The position numbers and the translations under genes are program-made. A model generated the notes under the pieces. It was not told where the DNA came from, searched no databases, and worked only from the letters and a program-made list of their open reading frames with translations. DNA of 29,712 nt from a virus (taxonomy: Duplodnaviria; Caudoviricetes). Every line of letters begins with the position of its first letter. Positions within the stretch are counted from its first letter, which is position 1. The stretch lies in the IMG/VR virus record IMGVR_UViG_3300009117_000049, positions 1-29,712 of that record; one strand, given 5' to 3'. Below are positions 26,301 to 29,712 of the stretch, piece after piece.

Positions 26301-28428
26301 GGCATTTCTAGAAAGAGTCCCGGCGCCGATAGTCGCTAAGAAGTTTGATGCCGCTGATCTGAAAGAGGACTTGAAGCAAAGCATGATCGAGAACCTTAAT
26401 GACGACGCCTCTATAGACGCGGCCTTTGAAGTTATCAATACTACGGTCGATGATATCCTGGTCCAATATGGCAGAGGTAAAGCCTTTGGGGATAGCGTAA
26501 CCGTAATGAAGGACGGGGAACCGGAGTTTTGGAAGATCAATGACCCGATGCTGCTGGAATCGGTAACCAATATGTCACCGGGGCGTATGTCCGCCTTTCT
26601 GGAAGCCTACGGAAGAATAACCCGGTTCATGGTCAAGAACATCACCGGCAATAATATCCTTTGGGCGATTTTCTCCAATCTGCCGCGCGACTTTATGACC
26701 TTCTATAACTACTCCGAAAACAAGAATCCGGTAGAAATAATCGGCGGTGTTGCCAGGTCATACGTCCAGAAATTAAAATCCTATACCGGCAGCGGTAAGA
26801 CCGACCCGCTGTATCTGGAATTTCTGGCTATGGGAGGCGGCGGGCATAGTTCGCTTTTGACGGCAGACAGGGATTTGGCCGAAAGAGCTATGGATAAGCT
26901 TCTCGCGTATAATTCCGGAAAATATAAGAATCCTTTGGACTGGATAGAAACCGTATCCGACGTGATCGAAGGAGGGCCGCGCTTTGCCTACTATAAGATA
27001 AGAAGGAATGCCGGGCTTTCCCCGGAACAGGCCTTCTATGAATCCGGCGAGATAACGACTAACTTCCGGCGGTCCGGTTTAGTGGGGCGGGATATCAATA
27101 AGGTTGCACCTTTCTTTAATGCCAGCGTTCAGGGGCTTGACCGTTTTGCCCGCTGGATCGTAGCGGAGGATATCCCCAAGGAAGGCAGAAAGAAAGCGAT
27201 AGCGGGACGCTGGAGCGCGTACATACTGACCGGAATAATATTGGCTGCTATCCAGGTATTGAGCGCAAGGCAAAGAGACGAAGAAGGTTACGAAAGGCTT
27301 TCGGCCTATGCTAAAAACAGTTTCTGGAATATACCGCTGGGGAATAACAACTTTTTTGCTATACCCAAACCGCGTGAGATAGCCGCTTTTTCTTCGACCA
27401 TGGAGCGCGTGATAGAAACTTATCTGATGAATAACCCGGATGCGTTCAAGGGCTTCGACGATTATCTGATCAATCAGTTCATGCCGCCGATAGCCTCCGG
27501 GATAGTCCAGGCAGGCACGAGTTTTGTTCAGGGAGATTCGGCCGGGGCAAGCGAGGGCGTAAGCTCCTTTATGTCCGACTTTGGTATCCTGGGAACTTTT
27601 GCCGGCATGGTGGCTAATAAGGACTTCCGCGGCGTTCCCATAGTTTCTCAATCCATGCAGCGGCTTGAACCGCGGGCGCAGTTTGATAACCGTACCTCAA
27701 TGATAGCAAAAGCGGTCGGGGACGCCTTGAATATCAGCCCGAAGATGATCGACTACTTTCTTAATTCTACCCTCGGAGGAATACAGAAGGTCAATGTTGC
27801 CCTTTTCCCAGTCGGTGCGGCCAACCGCGATAAGACGTTGGGTGTGAAAAATACATACCTGAAGAACAGCCTGTATTCGACGGATGTTATCAATGATTTC
27901 TACGACGCGAAGGATAAAGCGGATAAACTAAAAAGCACCTATGCGGACGATGCGGAATACAAGATCATGGCCAACGACTATGATGATATGGCTACTTTTT
28001 ACAGCCGGTACAATAAGCTGTCTAAGAATGGCGCTGACACGCAGGCTAATTTACGAGTCAGGCAGCAGGTCATAGAAATGATAGAGCAGTTCCAGCAGGA
28101 CCAAAAGACTGGTTATAAGACACCGGCCAAAAGAAAACTGGACGAGCTGGCCGCCTCCCTGATGAGTACGGAATTTTACCCGCAGGTAATGAGCGAAAGT
28201 CTCATAATAGGCGAGGGCAGCAAGAAAAAGGTCTATCCGCTTACCGCGGCGCAGTATGTAGAGTATCAAACAGTCTATCTGAACTTTTATTGGCAAGAGG
28301 TAGAAAAGAAGCAGCTAAGGAATTACTCTTCTGACGAGAAGGAAGCAAAAGGCGTAAGATCGGCCAAGGCTACGGCCCTGGAAAAAGCCAAAGCGGAAAT
28401 GGCTAAAAAATTATTTATAAATTATTAA
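23329..28428 (+). CDS. Large polyvalent / ejection protein with zincin HExxH motif and C-terminal LPD38-like domain
   Basis: Gly/Ala-rich N-terminal region (EGAEEVVQ...GALGGIAGGVFGG), PVQQ linker, SHELGHHLD...EGVAEF, YVPF.R, PFFNASVQG, WNIP......IPKPREI...NKDFRG.PIV...SP..IDY (LPD38-like). Confidence 0.8.
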   Translation: MDWEAVKKRNKYGSNTPVDILPGLISVREEEKTPQQEETKTPQLGAVPFRGLSVDTIKNSLPGIENTAAQTEEEKTPWSDILKKAANVGFANFNNSMAGLLDATRISKIPGIKQFVAASREVSDRDIQKYNELEKSKPQQVVGDVVSAGTQMIPDVITMLATGGTATVGMKGAQVGAQLAPVTAKETPLIAKALIEYFNKPVSIERNAVYFGQGYDEAKKEGATESEAISRALLYAFPTAVIEGAGGIDTLTARVFKKQAESGGKALLQDILRSAIQEGAEEVVQYPFQAASKFTYKEGIPFYSEEGEAVINPQEIAYQGALGGIAGGVFGGGISGINRLIPSKGEAVQKQVIEQPISESEAPAKQVPEPVPVQQQPVQNPKFIQRPEPVKVSETGPVQQEPVQEPVKQQPEQEPEIMPTVSTPAVKPVEGQTVTAAENQPEKFGRNGSNAYIHWAGNEYVNIDLTETDDLRVQTYNRFTRKWYEAGRVGLPEIRVPQNEDDIEFPPFLQSAFYLAGKNDAEIIAKRQAKTDKAGINKQEEAAKEDVLDVAQYSAGNKATWVGVQPENKAAKDVMSLSNIIGKIRHDFNTPVSTGHIRKRNAAGVYMQRPETIRMRIANDLPTVSHELGHHLDKRYGLSKVSGAVKQELLDSMPRGFKNSYKKNELPGEGVAEFIRQYLSDRTKAQEDFKLFYPVFTGTLSAEDLKLVDDLADVINNYLTVDLSISSGADISMPGDKRDFRTFGEKIADKSDAVYQALVDSNHGIRRFTEFTGDHKAYILAANSAYSDAVASSIIMYDLRGIHGNSVGPGLKQALKGINTRDKKEFRAFNEYLVVLHGPERLKEGMRVFADNRKNNAGWMNGRQEELEVQYPEFEAAAQRVLTFNSQLLQTWAVDTGIVPAEKAAEWSERWKLYVPFNRDMSGEIYKRSRSIRRSYANQKSPYKKAHGSGLLIVSPVENIIRNSNKLVQAAIKNNVMQEITRSAAATEGTGAFLERVPAPIVAKKFDAADLKEDLKQSMIENLNDDASIDAAFEVINTTVDDILVQYGRGKAFGDSVTVMKDGEPEFWKINDPMLLESVTNMSPGRMSAFLEAYGRITRFMVKNITGNNILWAIFSNLPRDFMTFYNYSENKNPVEIIGGVARSYVQKLKSYTGSGKTDPLYLEFLAMGGGGHSSLLTADRDLAERAMDKLLAYNSGKYKNPLDWIETVSDVIEGGPRFAYYKIRRNAGLSPEQAFYESGEITTNFRRSGLVGRDINKVAPFFNASVQGLDRFARWIVAEDIPKEGRKKAIAGRWSAYILTGIILAAIQVLSARQRDEEGYERLSAYAKNSFWNIPLGNNNFFAIPKPREIAAFSSTMERVIETYLMNNPDAFKGFDDYLINQFMPPIASGIVQAGTSFVQGDSAGASEGVSSFMSDFGILGTFAGMVANKDFRGVPIVSQSMQRLEPRAQFDNRTSMIAKAVGDALNISPKMIDYFLNSTLGGIQKVNVALFPVGAANRDKTLGVKNTYLKNSLYSTDVINDFYDAKDKADKLKSTYADDAEYKIMANDYDDMATFYSRYNKLSKNGADTQANLRVRQQVIEMIEQFQQDQKTGYKTPAKRKLDELAASLMSTEFYPQVMSESLIIGEGSKKKVYPLTAAQYVEYQTVYLNFYWQEVEKKQLRNYSSDEKEAKGVRSAKATALEKAKAEMAKKLFINY

Positions 28429-28487
28429 AAAAATGGGATTGTTTTTGACGCAATCCTGTTTTTCTTTTGCTATGCTTGAGTCAGAGG
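28423..28487 (+). promoter_or_regulatory. Late promoter 3 (lysis operon)
   Basis: TATTAAAAA...TGTTTTTGACGCAAT; TTGACG-20 bp-(TG)TATGCT-N6-AGAGG. Confidence 0.7.
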
Positions 28488-28535
28488 AGTAATTTAAGAT
28501 GTCTGTACGTTTATAGAAATGCAAAGGTGGTGTTG

Positions 28536-28835
28536 ATGATGGCGGAAGCGGTATCTGCGGAGGTTTGTAAAGAAAGACATAAGAATGTAGACAAGACTTT
28601 TCAGATGATCGAGGACGATTACCGGGGGCTTCACGGGGATGTGGCTGATCTGTCCAAGCTCAGCGCGCAGCAGACGGTGATCCTGGAAAATGTCCTGAAG
28701 TTACTAGATAAGCATGACGCCTCTATCGAAGAGATTAAATCCAGGCCTGCCCGCCGCTGGGATGCTGTTATTAATACCCTTATTTCAGTAGTCATTGGTG
28801 CTGCCTTTGGGTTGTTTTTAAGTAAATGGAGGTAG
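28536..28835 (+). CDS. Lysis-module membrane protein (coiled coil + single C-terminal TM; XhlA/holin-accessory-like)
   Basis: AAGGTGGTG RBS; coiled coil, then PARRWDAVINTLISVVIGAAFGLFL. Confidence 0.7.
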   Translation: MMAEAVSAEVCKERHKNVDKTFQMIEDDYRGLHGDVADLSKLSAQQTVILENVLKLLDKHDASIEEIKSRPARRWDAVINTLISVVIGAAFGLFLSKWR

Positions 28836-28849
28836 GAGAGTGAGGAATA

Positions 28850-29458
28850 ATGAGAGGCACAGAGTATCTGCATCTGGAGCTTCAGTCCATAGCAAAAACA
28901 TTTCTTGCCGAATGTGAAAAGGCCGGGCTGAATGTGCTTATTACAGAGACATTCCGAATGAAGATAGAGCAGGATACCCTGTATGCAAAAGGAAGAACGG
29001 CCGCTGGCAGCATAGTCACCAATTGCCAGTATCCGTACAGTCCGCATTGCTGGGGTGTGGCCTTTGACTTTTGCCGGAATGTAAAAGGCTGGGAGTATGA
29101 CGATTCGGACGGATTCTTTGAAAAGGTTGGAGCAATCGGGAAAAGACTTGGTTTGTTTTGGGGCGGGGATTTTAAGAGCTTTACGGACAAGCCCCATTTA
29201 GAACTCCAAAAATACCTGCCCAATAACAGCGTTAAGACCCTTATCGCAAAATATGGTACGCCGGAAAACTTCAAAAAAACATGGGAGGCGGAAGAAGTGG
29301 TTAAAAAAGATGTATCTCTGGTATTGCCTTCTGGGAAGTTGCTTACTATCAAGGCAATCATAGACGAAGAGACTACCTATAGCCCGATCCGTGCTGTTTT
29401 GGAAGCTATGGGATATGTGGTAGGTTGGGAAGACGGGAAGATCACCGTAAACGGATGA
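28850..29458 (+). CDS. Endolysin, M15-family L-Ala-D-Glu peptidase with C-terminal copper-amine-oxidase-N-like cell-binding module
   Basis: ETFR...EQD.LYAKGRT...SPHCWGVAFD...WGGDFKSF.DKPHLEL; C-terminal TYSPIRAVLEAMGYVVGWE. Confidence 0.9.
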   Translation: MRGTEYLHLELQSIAKTFLAECEKAGLNVLITETFRMKIEQDTLYAKGRTAAGSIVTNCQYPYSPHCWGVAFDFCRNVKGWEYDDSDGFFEKVGAIGKRLGLFWGGDFKSFTDKPHLELQKYLPNNSVKTLIAKYGTPENFKKTWEAEEVVKKDVSLVLPSGKLLTIKAIIDEETTYSPIRAVLEAMGYVVGWEDGKITVNG

Positions 29459-29493
29459 TTTACAGAATCTAATGATAAGGAGTTGATTTTATA

Positions 29494-29712
29494 ATGTGGA
29501 AGAACATATCAAAGCTGATTGACGTGAAAAGTCTTGTTACCCTGTCCCTGGTGCTGGTTTTATGTTTAATGACACTTAAGGGTGCGCAGATGAATGATCT
29601 TTTTAGCTCGGCGGTAATGCTGGTTTTAGGCTTCTTTTTTGGCAAGAAGACTGATAGCGGTACAAGCAAAGAAACAGCTGAAAACACAGTTAAAAATATT
29701 AAGGAGGATTAA
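29494..29712 (+). CDS. Holin (two TM helices)
   Basis: KLIDVKSLVTLSLVLVLCLM...LFSSAVMLVLGFFFGK with a charged C-terminal tail; follows the endolysin. Confidence 0.75.
   Translation: MWKNISKLIDVKSLVTLSLVLVLCLMTLKGAQMNDLFSSAVMLVLGFFFGKKTDSGTSKETAENTVKNIKED

Larger units (their letters stand above)
1..29712. mobile_element. Temperate prophage, podovirus-like (P22-type portal/nozzle, N4-gp56-type capsid), Firmicutes host; boundaries not resolved
   Basis: Ordered integration, immunity, replication, packaging, head, short-tail, ejection and lysis modules; no tape measure or sheath genes; GGAGG RBSs and sigmaA-type promoters. Whether 1..1590 belongs to the prophage is uncertain. Confidence 0.93.

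Noticed and set aside
8288-28296. Numerous 60-290 aa antisense or alternative-frame ORFs within structural genes (e.g. 10688..11431, 24355..25221, 15588..16070)
   Set aside because: Fully overlap well-supported phage genes, lack RBSs and motifs, and are expected from codon bias.
28536-28541. Lambda-S-type dual-start holin/antiholin motif
   Set aside because: Adjacent Met-Met with no intervening basic residue, and the TM segment is C-terminal; no support for dual-start regulation.
1-29712. CRISPR array, diversity-generating retroelement, or attL/attR pair
   Set aside because: No regularly spaced repeat-spacer array, no reverse transcriptase or TR/VR pair, and no terminal direct repeat seen; the prophage ends probably lie outside the window.

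Overview
The window is almost entirely one compact temperate prophage of a Firmicutes (probably Clostridia) host, with podovirus-type (short-tail) morphogenesis genes. From left to right: a P63C gene plus an IS1595 N-terminal remnant, a tyrosine integrase with an inserted XRE-like HTH, a 5'-truncated rhuM, two paralogous small acidic ORFs, a cI/cro switch with four ACTTAC-N7-GTAA operators, xis, a DUF4373/DnaD initiator with internal 21-bp-spaced iterons, a G39P-like protein and a small Cys4 protein. These are followed by terS, terL, portal and a phage-encoded Prp protease. An AT-rich insert carries two TIR-clan genes (DUF4062 and SEFIR). Scaffold, N4-gp56-type capsid, adaptor, nozzle, tail proteins, an ejection protein, a 1700-aa HExxH/LPD38 protein and the lysis module complete it. 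No att sites were identified, and the right end lies beyond the window. Most notable: (1) scaffold and capsid both carry a Prp-type cleavage motif with His in place of the canonical P1 Phe, suggesting an orthogonal phage Prp/substrate pair; (2) three late promoters share an unusual TAT(T/G)AAA(A/C)A...TTTTTGACG-N20-TAnnnT-N6/7-AGAGG architecture, with a candidate Cys4 activator; (3) a defence hotspot in which each gene is followed by the same ~30-bp repeat and which ends in a decayed tRNA-Thr att-like fragment. All family assignments come from motif recognition by eye, not database searches.
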